Shown here one piece after another: positions 50,790 to 62,586 of a stretch of DNA of 64,000 bases. The number at the start of each line of letters is the position of its first letter. The first letter of the stretch is position 1. The position numbers were made by a program, and so were the translations under genes. The stretch lies in NCBI GenBank assembly GCA_965153285.1, contig OZ229111.1; one strand, 5' to 3'. Source of the DNA: Podarcis tiliguerta (taxonomy: Eukaryota). Below the pieces are notes generated by a model. The model ran no database searches and had not been told where the DNA came from. It was given only the letters and a program-made list of their open reading frames with translations.

Positions 50790-51140
50790 CCTATCAGCCA
50801 CAATGGCTAAATAGAACCTCTTTGTTCAGAGACAGCACACCTATGAATACCAGGTGCCAGTGACATCAACTGCCATAATGCCTTGCTTGTAAGCTGCCCA
50901 GAGCCAATTTTCTGGCCACTATTGGAAATAGACTGCTGGAGTAGATGGAGACAAGTAACTTGCATTGAACTTATTTAGTAATCTTGGGCAGTTACTTATT
51001 TCAGCTTAGGTCAGCTGTTTGGAGCATGGTGCTGATAACAGCAATGTTGCTTATTCAATCTGTGTATGGTACAGCTGCATATACCTGCATTGCAGGGGGT
51101 TGGACTAGATCCCTTGCAACTCCAAAATCCTTTGACTCTG
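50790..51140 (+). mobile_element. CR1-type 3' fragments
   Basis: atcagccacaatggc...ctggccactattggaaatagactgctggagtagatgg and ctgcattgcagggggttggactagat motifs. A similar tail lies on - at ~61796-61858. Confidence 0.55.
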
Positions 51141-51844
51141 TGACCCCACATTTGTAGGAAGAAGAATGTGACAGGAGCTGCTATGACCTCCTGATCCTGG
51201 GCACATTTTCTGGCTCTGCTCTCAGATTTGGTTTGAGGAGGACTTGCTATTTGCCCCAAGGCTGCCAGAACCTGAACAAACACCAGGTGCAGGGAGCTGG
51301 ACCTTGCAGAGTCTCTTGTAAATGGCATTATGTTTGCAAACCACCTTGAATGATATCCTGCCTTTCCACCTTTAGGCAATCTTTTAAAATCAAATCAGTC
51401 AACACTAAAAGCAGAGGAAGAAGTAATTTGCTGAAGGTTCCATCTGAGCCCTAAACATAAAATCCACAAAAAAAATCCCTTTCCAAAAGTTCCAACTACT
51501 GGTCCAACATATGTCGCACTGCTCTAGTGTTCTTTGTGCTGAACTGTGTTTCTAAACTCAATGCAAAGTGTTCATTGATATATTTAAAGCCCCAAACAGC
51601 TTAGTTCAATATTATTCAAAGAACCGCCTGCACCCATGTAGTAGTGTCTATATCTTAAAATCTAGTTCAGAAGGCCTGCTTCAGCACCCACCAGATGGGT
51701 GAGGATATGGATTGATGGTAGTTAACTGGGGTAGGGTCAAATCATTTCTGTGTTCTGCTGGTTATTTTAATGTTACTGTTTATTCTAATTTTATGTATTA
51801 TTGACTGCAAGAAGCTCCAGCTGGCATACATAACACCGGAAGTC

Positions 51845-51946
51845 AGTTATACCCAAGTTCACCCAGTAAGCTTCATGGCTGATTACAGATTTGAAAACTG
51901 CTATACCGGGTCCTAATCCTGCACTTTATCCACTAGACCACACTTA
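51845..51946 (-). mobile_element. MIR/CORE-like SINE fragment
   Basis: Minus strand agtgtggtctagtggataaagtgcaggattaggacc...cagccatgaagcttactgggtgaacttggg. Confidence 0.55.
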
Positions 51947-52779
51947 ACAGCTGCTTTTTTAAGAAAAACTTTTATGAAATATGTAAGATGCTTTGTGAAG
52001 GATTTTCTCAAAAAGCAGAACAAGCATATCTCCAATAAAATAAATTATCAGATGCTAGGGACAACCAACATGAAAAGCCTATTTCCTTCATGGCCATCTT
52101 ATGAGTTTCCAGAGGGATGGTCTCCAGAGATCTGATGGTCTCCAGATCTTTGGCTCTCCCAAACTTTCAGCAGCTTCAGCAAGCATGGCCAATAGTCATG
52201 GACGATGGGATCTGAAGCGCAAAATATGGGGAGGACATCAGCTTGGGGAAAGCTGGCAGCTAAATTTAATGGGTAGCTTTTGTTTTAATGAGTACTTTGA
52301 ATTTGGAGAAGTGTTTGATTATTGTTAAGTTTCATCAACCAATGTTTCCTAACCAGTTGATATTGACCATTAAATTGTGCTAAATAGCTGCACTGTGCAA
52401 TTAAGGAGCACTGGGAATAGGGACTACTTGTAACTGTGGCCTTAAAGTGCACAAGTGAGAATTATATAAAATAAGCATGAACAGTGAGTAACATTCCTAC
52501 AGCTAACCTTCTCTTCTAGGAAAATGAATAATTAGTAATGATATGGTGCTACAGCAAATCTGCAGTGTAATTACATTATAACTACGCCGCAATTACAATT
52601 CCCACTTCCTCCCTGTGGTATATGTTATGTGAATACACTTGCTCCTATTCTGAGTATGTATATTTATTTTTGAATAGCTTAGACTATGGGTTCCTAAGCA
52701 GAGCTATCTATTCAGAACATAAATATAATCTTGGTGGTCCAATTTTTCATTCTATAATTGCCTTACATCTGCTTCAGCT

Positions 52780-53220
52780 AACTTGCTATAGCCATAGGTT
52801 GGTAACCTACCACTCAGATTACTGCAATGCATTCTGCACAGATCTACCCTCCAAAACAGTCTGGAAGCTTCAGTTGGTCCAAAACAGGTTGACTAAGTTA
52901 TGGATGGGGAGCTGCCCAGAGTTGTTCAGGCAACCCAGTCAGATGGGCGGCATATAAATGAAGTAGTAGTAAAAAAATGAATGAGTGAGTGAGTGAATGA
53001 ATGAATGAATGAATGGGACCCTATAAATATAATTATATCATACCAGTGCTTGATCATCTGTAGTACCTTGTAGTCAGTTTCCAGTTCCAATTCAAAGTGC
53101 TGGTTTTAACGTTTAATAACCTAAATGAGTTGGGGCAAAGCTACTTCTGCAATGCCTCATCAGAGGTCATTCTCCAGGTTCCCCTACCTAATGAACTGAG
53201 ACGGATGGCTACTATGCAGG
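52780..53220 (+). mobile_element. Degenerate L2 LINE ORF2/3' fragments
   Basis: LVTYHSDYCNAFCTDLPSKTVWKLQLVQN resembles the L2 motif LVTSRLDYCN..GLP..KLQLVQN. Followed by an L2 tail and (GAAT)n. Confidence 0.7.
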
Positions 53221-54689
53221 CTCCTTGAGTCATTTTAGTTTATGAGGGCTACAGCTTTTTTGGTAGAAGAGGTTATATAAAGCCCTGTGTATTATTATTT
53301 TGCTAGATAAATTACCTGAAATTATTTTTTGCTTAATAGATGAGAGGTCATAGATAATTTCCATTAGTAAACTTATTGGTTAACTAACAGTTATCCATAG
53401 GTGTGAAATTAAATTAGCAAATGGGAGGTGGAAAAGATTTACACCATCACTAATGGAAATTTATATTGTGCAATACAGAATTTATGCAAGTCAGGCTGTA
53501 CTACATGCCACTTGCAAGTCTCATAAGATACAGTAGCCTACCAACTTGTATTTCCTGTTTCTCTGTTAAGGGATTTTAGCAAACAATACTTGGCTGGGAG
53601 ATAAGCTCTGATATTGCATCCATGACTGATTAAAGCAAGACATTATGGACTGATACAGGAATTAGGAGTTCAGAAATAGCCACATTTTCATTGTGCAATT
53701 TATACCTTAAACCGGTACACTGACGTTAAGAAAATTGAAATGCTCAAATATTCAGGGAAATGAGCAGCATTCCAAGGAGTAAAAATTACTGGGAAACTAG
53801 ATTACTTCTTCCACAGAGGTCTGTCCCTCCTCCCAAGCTCAAGTGGAAGTGCCAGCCATACGCCTGAACTAGTGCCAATACATCTGTTCTGCATTCCCAT
53901 TATAGTGAAAGTCTGAAAAGGCAGATACCCTCCCGTAATACACAAACTACTCTGAGAAGCACCTATATTTCTCACAACTTCACTTATCAGATGCTTCATT
54001 TAACCTCATTAAATGAGACTAAAAGTGGCGAACCTTTAATTCATGTATCTCTCCGTTTCTCACTTATTCCTAGACCTTTACTTCAGAGAACTAGAAGTGC
54101 ATAGATATCCATCAAGCTGCATAACAAGGACTATGTGTGTGGAGTCAGCAAAACAGCACAGGCAAATGGAGCTGGCTAAGACTACAGTCTCTCTGCATGC
54201 AGTTTCCTGTCAGCTGGGTAAGCAGCACCTCATAGTCTCTTGTAAATGTAGATGCTGACTAAAAGGCTGCAGCAGTATTTTCTTGGAAATAATGTTAATG
54301 AAAGGTGGTGGGTATTTTTTGAAGCATTCATTTATAGATAAATAAATGCCCTCCCATATTACGATACTTCCTGTTATTTAACCTTTTATGTGTTTTTGTA
54401 GTATAATATATTCCTTTTTGTTTGAAGTTGCTACCCTTATCAATTTTATACCAGTGAAATCCTTGGTATTTGCAGATGATCGTGTACTTTAAAACTATAT
54501 CCCTGTAGCATTAATGGGTAGGCAGAAAAAGTGGATTGTGTTAGCTCTTATGGTGGCTAAGAGACTTCTACTTCGAGATTGCAAGGACAAAAATCCATTA
54601 TTTATTACACTATGATCTGAAGAGCTCATTTCATACAGGCATCAATCTTCTGTGGAGGGTTTATATTAACTTATATGCTTTATTTAAAT

Positions 54690-54780
54690 GCCATCTAAGT
54701 TATGAAGTTTATCCTGTGAACTGCCCTGAGACCTGCAGGTATAGGGCGGTATACAATTTTAATAATAATAGAAATAAATA
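54690..54780 (+). mobile_element. L2-like 3' tail
   Basis: tgtgaactgccctgagacctgcaggtatagggcggtatacaattttaataataata. Confidence 0.6.
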
Positions 54781-54825
54781 AAACCATTTTGATTGGTATA
54801 GGCAGTTTCCTATGTTCCTATATAT

Positions 54826-54908
54826 GGAAGGGGACACCTGCCTAGCCAGCCAAATCAACGCTGGTGATCAATGGGGTGACAGATGTCACAGCCAGATCGC
54901 CCTCACAT
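54826..54908 (-). pseudogene. RN7SK: 7SK snRNA 5' fragment retrocopy (tailless, internal 9-nt deletion)
   Basis: Minus strand ATGTGAGGGCGATCTGGCTGTGACATCTGTCACCCCATTGATCACCAGCGTTGATTTGGCTGGCTAGGCAGGTGTCCCCTTCC matches 7SK nt ~3-94 as recalled. Flanked by ATATATGG direct repeats at 54820-54827 and 54907-54914. Confidence 0.92.
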
Positions 54909-55730
54909 ATATGGTGGGTTAACCAGAAAACCTCAGCATCAATAATCAGAATCAGGAAAAGCACAGTATATCTCAGTAAGCTACTTTTTCAGCTTCCTTC
55001 TCAATCCACATAACAGAATAAAAAACAATAAATTTAACTATGATAAATTTATCACTCAGGTTTGTTTTTTAAATCACTGTTTGCATTCAATACAGCGACT
55101 GATATAGAATTTCCAGATACTGTGTTTCATATTTCAAAGTATACAGGTGGTTATACTAAGCCACTATTTTTGACGCAAACAATTTCAATCTGATGCATTG
55201 TTTCTTTCAGGTCAAGATTGGGTTAATGAAGGATAAAACAGTCAAAATGCACTGTAGCAAAAGAGAAGAAGCCTCACAGTAGAAGAAATTATTTGTCCAC
55301 TAAAGCAAGTAATGAAGATTACAGTGCAGTAGGTCAACATGCAAGACAGGCTTCTTCAGGGAGGAACAAAGTCATTAAGGATGAGATCATAGTCCATCCT
55401 TTTTGTAGTTGCTCAATAGAATTTGATACAAGTTTTCTATTTGGGTGACTAGAATAACACAACACTTGAGAAAGCCTTTTTTTTTTTTTTTTTTTAACAG
55501 CCAGGTCAAGTTCTGTTCATCAAGATCCTTGTAGGGCATCGAGGTTTGCCGTAAACTGAATCTACCTATGTTGTTACAGTACGTAATTTTTTCATGAAAC
55601 TGCACCAAGTGTCTACAGAAAGTGGTGAGAACATCCCACAACTGACTATTCTGGCCCTGCTGCAGAAAACATCTACCACCATCAGAAATGTTACAAAAAT
55701 GTAAAAAGGCTTGCTTTTGAGGAATAAATA

Positions 55731-56565
55731 CCGTATTTTTCGCTCCATAGGACGCACTTTTTCCCCTCCAAAAATGAAGGGAAAATGTGTGTGCGTCCTA
55801 TGGAGTGAATGCAGGCTTTCGCTGAACCCTGGAGAGTGAGAGGGGTTGGTGCGCACCGACCCCTCTCGCTCTCCAGACTTCAGGAGAACCCCAGCGCCAG
55901 CCCCACAAGGTCGGGGGACAGCGGGGAGGCGGAACGCCGCCATCCCGCTGTCTCCCGATGTGGTTTGGAGGCTGACGGCGGGGAGACGCGTGCTTCTCCC
56001 CGCTGCCTGCCCCGCAAGCTCCGGGGACAGCAGGGAGGCGCAGCGCGTCTTCCCGCTGTCCCCAGACCTGGTCTGCATGCGATGTGGTTTGGAGGCTGAC
56101 GGCGGGGAGACGCGCGCTTCTCCCCGCTGCCTGCCCCGCAAGCTCCGGGGACAGCTGGGAGGCGCAGCGCATCTTCCCGCTGTCCCCGGACCTGGTCTGA
56201 AGGCAGGCGGTGGGGAGAAGAGGGCTTCTCCCCGCTGCCTGCCCCGCAAGCTCCGGGGACAGCTGGGAGGCGCAGCGCGTCTTCCCGCTGTCCCCGGACC
56301 TGGTCTGAAGGCAGGCGGTGGGGAGAAGAGCGCTTCTCCCCGCTGCCTGCCCCGCAAGCTCCGGGGACAGCTGGGAGGCGCAGCGCGTCTTCCCGCTGTC
56401 CCCGGACCTGGTCTGAAAGCAGGCGGTGGGGAGAAGAGCGCTTCTCCCCGCTGCTGGCCCCACAAGCGCCTGGGGGGGGGGGATAAATTTTTTTTCCTTT
56501 ATTTCCCCCCCAACAAACTTGGTGCGTCCTATGGGCCGGTGCGCCCTATGGAGCGAAAAATACAG
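55731..56565. mobile_element. Non-autonomous Tc1/mariner-superfamily (Tc2/pogo-type) MITE with GC-rich internal minisatellite
   Basis: 27-bp TIRs CCGTATTTTTCGCTCCATAGGACGCAC (2 mismatches between ends). TA target duplication at 55729-55730 and 56566-56567. Confidence 0.9.
55992..56455. repeat. 108-bp GC-rich tandem repeat (three 108-bp units, one 124-bp unit, one partial)
   Basis: gcttctccccgctgc recurs at 55992, 56116, 56224, 56332 and 56440. Confidence 0.95.
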
Positions 56566-58112
56566 TATACAGACTGTTCTCACACAAAATACAGAAATAA
56601 CAGATGTGTTAAAATTTAGCACTTAGTTACTTATTGTTTCAGAGCTTTTTTCAGTTGTGCAATGTTACAGTGCCATGCAAATACCATTACTGTGTTACTA
56701 GGATTCTGTGCTACAGTATCACATGTATTAGAAGTGTCACCATTTATTATGTGAAACACTGTCTGCAAAGGGCATCTGAAGGGAAGAGTTTATTTGAGTG
56801 GAAGGAACATTTAATGCTCTTAACTTATTATGACAAAAGGATTCACATATGCAAAAACAAGGTCAACGTAGCCAGACAATATCAGTTCATAGTTGTCAAC
56901 AAATAATGTTAAGACAAATATAGAGGTATGATAATGGAACTATTATTATTGTGGTGTCAGTAAGCTAGAGCATTTCAAAATTAGAATTAAACATGCACTA
57001 TGAAAGATGGTTGTTTTAGAATGTGAGAAGCGGAGTCTGTGGAAAAATCTCACAGGTCAAAGGGAAAGAGTGAAATTAGTCTCCAGAGGAGTGTATCCTC
57101 TGTGGCCTTCAGCCTTTATCAATTTGTATAATTTCAGTAAAAGGTCAATGTTATGCCATTTCAACCCGCCTGTATTATCCTTTGTTCTACTATCTGCCTA
57201 CCCTCCCCCATTTTGGATTCTCAGCACAACTGTGCATAGGACCAGAAATAGCACCAGTTATTTCATCTAATAGTGAAATGCAGGGTACCCAAATAGCATA
57301 CTGCTATAACGAGCAAAAGAAAAGCCTAAACAGTAACAAACAAATCTAAATATATTCTTTGCTTAGTTGAATATTTATTAATAGTAGACAGGCACTCTAA
57401 TAGATATATTTGACCAATCAATTGAATTGTGGCCTAACCCTAGTACTCACAAAAGTAACCTTGTTAATATATTCAAAGCATCATAAAGTGGAGATGGATT
57501 GTGCATATATTCTAACAACTATTTTACTGGGAGACATCTCTAACATATTTTGTGCCCCCCCCCCCCCGACTACTACCATCCTGCTGTGGACACCATCACG
57601 ATGCAAAACAAACCTAATCAACCCTACTCATCATTCCCCACCTCACCTTTGGCTTGCTTCTGGTAATTTAAATTTAGCCAAATTAGGTTGTCAACTAACA
57701 TATGCACATTAGGGTCTCCTTATGAGCTTCATGCTGAATTGAACATGGGTGCCCCTTGTCATAGTATGACACTTCCTAACTATTGCACCACAGTGGCTCT
57801 CATCCTGCCAACTTATGTTGCACAGGAAGAACACCACTGTGGTGTTATCATTTTCAACAGACAGATGTAGTTATGCATTATTAAAGTAAAAGACCAAAGA
57901 GATTTTTTTAATACCTTCATTTCTACTGTTCTATAAGCAGTACAAGTTACTGAAATATTCAAATTCAAAAATAAATAAGGAATTGTTTTTTTATAAGCTA
58001 AGTCTTTATACAGAATTATAGTACTAATTGTGCACCTAAGTTATAAGAACACATTTCTAGAAGTGTAGCCAAGCTTTAGAAACACAGGGAAAAGGACTCG
58101 AATACTACTTAC

Positions 58113-58257
58113 TCATTGATGATCAAATCTGGTGCAAAACACAATAAACTTCCATTAGCCTGTTTATATGATCTCCATCCTAGGGCAAAAGCCATCAGAA
58201 ACATCCACGAATACTGCAGAAGTGTCATTTGGTCATCCAGATGCAAGTTTCTGAAAC
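58113..58257 (-). CDS. NR3C1: NR3C1 exon 6, LBD (145 nt)
   Basis: Translates [48 protein letters not shown](E); part of ORF 58109..58324. Acceptor aatcag|, donor GA|gtaagt. Confidence 0.98.
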
Positions 58258-58740
58258 CTGATTGGAAATAAAAGGTACAAGATCTAGCACATTTCCTGTT
58301 GTAATTAAAGTACTGCTTGTCCAAAGTGTTATTTTGAATCTTAAAGTTCAGAATGACTTCTTAAAAGGGTCCAGAGTCAAAATGCACCAAAAATTCAGTA
58401 AAGGGACATAAAATTCAAAATAGTTTTATGAAATAGTAATGCTAAATAGCAATAAATGTTAATAAGAGACATATTAATATCTACAAATATGCAAATTGCA
58501 GTTGATATACTGCAGTGAAATGTAACCAAGCTCTCTCCTTTGTATAATGCTCTTTGGAAGAGGCGATTTCCACTGGAAAAGGAACATTAAGGAAAAGAGT
58601 GTTTAATCTTTTCCCTGCCAGGGAAGAAGTTGATGAGACTTTCCAATCCTAGTATTAGTTCTTGTTTCATTTTTTTCCTTTCATGGCAACCCACAACAAT
58701 TAACAGTAAGGGAATAATTTATCTCTGCGTCATTTTGGAG

Positions 58741-58965
58741 GTAGGTACCTTGGGTTACATACGCTTCAGGTTACAGACTCCGCTAACCCAGAAATATTAC
58801 CTTTGGTTAAGAACTTTGCTTCACGATGAGAACAGAAATCGTGCTGCGGCGGTGCGGCGGCAGCAGGAGGCCTCATTAGCTAAAGTGGTGCTTTAGGTTA
58901 AGAACAGTTTCAAGTTAAGAACGGACCTCCAGAACAAATTAAGTACTTAACCTGAGGTACCACTG
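58741..58965. mobile_element. Tigger/mariner-like MITE
   Basis: Right end ttaacctgaggtaccactg|TA and a degenerate left end ggtaccttgggttac, with internal ggttaagaac repeats typical of this squamate family. Confidence 0.75.
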
Positions 58966-59756
58966 TATGCTGTTACAAAATGGAAACCAGGAAACCGAAC
59001 CTTTCTCTATGGTGGAAGATAAGAAGCCCGTGATTTAGGGCTGGACAATGTTTGGTTTTCAACATCACAATCTGGTGATAAACCACGATTGTGAACTATG
59101 CTGCTTGGCCCCGGCCCGCAATGCACAGGGTGAAATTGCTGCAGCTCTCGCCATGGGAGCGGAGGCACTTTCACCCCAGTGCCTCACGGGCAGGGACAAC
59201 TCCGCTTGTTTGTGCTGTTCAGCTGGGGGCCCCACCCGCGCAGGCCGGAGGCTTCTTTCTCCTGCTTGCCCCAAGATGGAGGGAGCCTCCGTTCGCAGAG
59301 CTCCCTCAAGTGTAACGGAGCCCCAACCTTGCCTCCAGCTTGCGCGAGCTGGAGCTCCTTTAAAATTCTCCATTCAGGGGCAGGCAGTCATTAAGTAGAG
59401 AAGTTTAAAGGAGCTGCCTACCTGCATGGGCAGCTGAGGGAAGAACAAGCTGCATGACGGCCAGAGCGCAATGGCTGATTCACCTGGCAGCATGTTGCAG
59501 GTGAAATCACTGCTGCTGCAGAGACCCACTGTGGCTTGTTCCTCCCTCTCACACTGGGCGCTGACAGCAGAGAGACTCGGCAGCAGAAGCGGCTTCACCC
59601 ACAATATACCACTGGGTATATTGGTCCTCATACCGGTCCTGGGCAATGTACTGATTCATCATCCAGGCCTACCATGGTTAGGAGCAGAATGTGGCCTTAC
59701 AAAACACACTTACATTAAGGAAGTATAGTCTATATTCATGTAATACATATACAAAC

Positions 59757-60035
59757 CTGGTATTGCCTTTGCCCATTTCACAGCAGCAACCACTTGCCTT
59801 CCTCCTAGCATATTGAGAGTGGACATAATACGCCAAGTTGTGTCTGGTACTGTGCTGTCATAGCCTGAAAACATCACTTCTGGTTCAATGACTTCCAGTA
59901 GGGAAACCAGAGTAGGCGTTAGCTGTGGCAGGGAGGCAGGAACAACAGCCTTATTTGTGGGACTTTCTGCAGTCTCTCTTCCTGCAGCCGCACTAGATTG
60001 CTGGATTCCTTTTATCTTTTTCTTTGTCTTTCGTG
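59757..60035 (-). CDS. NR3C1: NR3C1 exon 5, NLS/hinge and LBD helices 1-3 (279 nt)
   Basis: Translates (A)[92 protein letters not shown](G). Acceptor tctag|, donor CAG|gtttgt. Confidence 0.97.
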
Positions 60036-61164
60036 CTAGAAATTTTTAAGAAAATAAAGTCAACATTAAAAAATAAAACCAGAAAGCATTGCTAACACAA
60101 TCAATGCAATCTTCTATGCTGCAGGCATACAATAGACTCCTTATGGCAGGGAATCCTGTGGCCTCCTAATCTTGTTGGAATGACAACTCTCATCATCCCC
60201 AAACGTTGGCCATGCTTGCTGGAACAGAGAGGAGTTGGGGGCCACAGAAATTTCCTGCCCTTCCTTTATGGTTTTATTTGTATGAACAGAAAATGAAACC
60301 TTGGATTAAATGTGAAAAGGAAGAGAAAGCAATAGTGCACCTGGGGGAAATGACTAAAAAACTTATTCCATTTACAGCTTTGGAATGGAATGGTTTCAAT
60401 GAGGCCTTTGCATTGCACTAAAACCAAGACAACAGAACTTGGCAATGGACGAACAAAACTACATATACACCATGGAATTATGCCTACATGCACATAGAAT
60501 CATAGAATGCATTACTAGACATGAATCACCATAGCTAGGATTTTTTTTTTGTTGTTTCTTCTACAGCTGGACCAAAAAAGATATTTTTTTCTGACAACTG
60601 CTTGCCATTATAATTAAACTATGGAATACATATGCCTGATAAACTGCTTAAAATACACTTCTCCATATACTGTTTTTATTCACATTTCCACAGTATCTAT
60701 GCTGCCTGCATACTTTTTTACTTATATGAACCATATATCCTGAAAATTTTGCAATACTGTATATAAAATCTATCTTACAGTGGAATTACAAAAATGGACA
60801 AAATAGAGTACCAGATAATGAACAGCAATTATAAAGTTAATACTGGTCCCTTCCAACTTCACAATTCAATGAGTAGCAAAGAGCTGTAAAGCACTTAGCC
60901 AACTAGGACTTTGAAAAGATAGCAAAGGGCCAGATCACGTGCATGCAGCAGTGCTTCCATGTGGTGCTATACACTTGATGCCTCCAACTGCAGCAGTGCT
61001 TTTGGCAGCAGCTGCCGTTACAGAAATCACAGCAAATGTAAATCATGGAGGCACTTGTGAGCTTACCAGTGACCTTGCCTACTCCATACCTGAGTTAGCA
61101 CGCAATTAGAGGTGTTTTTGGAGACACATACATGCAATAACATACAAAATCATTAGTTGTGTTA

Positions 61165-61400
61165 TTAGCTATTGGCTGCCTATTACCTACTGAGATCGAG
61201 GTGATGTGGTTGACATTTAAAGTACTAAACAACTTGGGACTATTATACCTAGGTAGACTGCCTTCCCCAGTACAGACCAAGTTGATCTTCCAAGGAGACT
61301 CTGCTGGTTGTTCCACAACCACCAAATTGCCATTTGGTGACAACGTGGAAGTGGGTCTTCTTGGTGATAGCATCCACACTCTGGATTGCCCTTCCTTAGA
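61165..61400 (+). mobile_element. Degenerate L2 LINE ORF2 fragment
   Basis: LLPTEIEVMWLTFKVLNNLGLLYL resembles the L2 motif HWLP..FKVL.LTFKAL.GLGP.YL. Confidence 0.5.
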
Positions 61401-62119
61401 TATTTTGTAAGACAGAGATTTAGATGTTTTGTAAGACAGAGACAAAAACGTATACAAAAGCACAAGCAGCCAAGTATTTTAGTTGTTTGTCCAATTAAAT
61501 TTGTTATCTGCAAAGGCCTAAAACATACCGCCTCTAAATTAAGTTTCTGGTAAAGACATTCTATTGTTAGACATAAGGGCTTAAAATAATCGAAACACAT
61601 CATATTTCAGGGGCCTCTAGAATTATATCGTCACAGCATTATTATGAAATTGCTGTAATAAATAGCAATGTTTACAAAGTTTGAATGTGGGGGGGGGGAT
61701 GAAAAATGTCTTTGCTCCTAAATATAATGCCACATGGAGCAGCAGAGACAGATCACAACGCAGGCTGGTTTGTCTCCCTAACTACTGAGCTCGAAATTAC
61801 AGAACTGCTGGGTTCGAAGGGACCCCGGGGATCATCTAGTCCAACGCCAGCAATGCAGCACCTGAGCAGCACCTGCACTCTATCTAATAGTAAGGCCAGG
61901 CCAGTTTTCCTATCACACAACTGGAAGTCTTCATTCTGCCAAACACTACTAACATTGCTACTACAAGACTTCCTGGACTGCAATGACAAGCCTGCAACCG
62001 TTACCTCTCCTCAGCCAGAAAGGACCAAACATGTGAATTTGCTCATTATGAATTTGCCATACAGTATTACTGAATGTTATCACCTATCCATACTTTAAAA
62101 GTTTCATATTGTTGCACTC

Positions 62120-62215
62120 AACCAGGTGCTACTCAGAGTAGACCCACTGAAATTAGTGAACAGAAGTTAGTGGTGTTGATTAACTTCAATGAGTAACTCT
62201 GAGTAGAACTGGTAT
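62120..62215. mobile_element. Short palindromic MITE-like element
   Basis: ctactcagagtagacccactgaa...ttcaatgagtaactctgagtag inverted arms. Confidence 0.6.
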
Positions 62216-62586
62216 AGAATACCGCCCGATGAGTCAACATTTTTGTTTCTTCCTGATTTACATTCAAGCTGTTGTACACTCAAAGTGTGGGGTTTTCCCA
62301 ACCACAGTATTTACTGAAAAAAGGAGTGCACAAATACGTGAAATCGGAAAGTGAAAACAAAAAGAAGAGAAACGGAAAAAAGAGATTAGCATGCATACGA
62401 ATCATACTACAGTAACACTTCAGTGCAAAATACAGTTCTTGTGAGAGTCTGGGAAAGATTGGAAATGCATGTTGAAAGAAATATCTAAGTTCTGCCAAGA
62501 AAGACGTGCATATGTTAAACATATACAGTGATAAATAGTTATTCAGAAAACATTAAACAACTGCATATATTGCCACTAACCCACTT

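Noticed and set aside
54826-54908. Functional 7SK gene
   Set aside because: Only about a quarter of the RNA is present, with an internal deletion, no 5' GG, and a flanking target duplication. It is a retrocopy.
55992-56455. Regularly spaced palindromic repeats resembling a CRISPR array
   Set aside because: The intervening sequences are identical rather than unique spacers, there are no cas genes, and the DNA is vertebrate.
55566-56622. Long overlapping ORFs of 299, 274 and 257 aa on both strands
   Set aside because: Artefact of a GC-rich 108-bp (36-codon) tandem repeat inside a MITE. No transposase or other domain motif.
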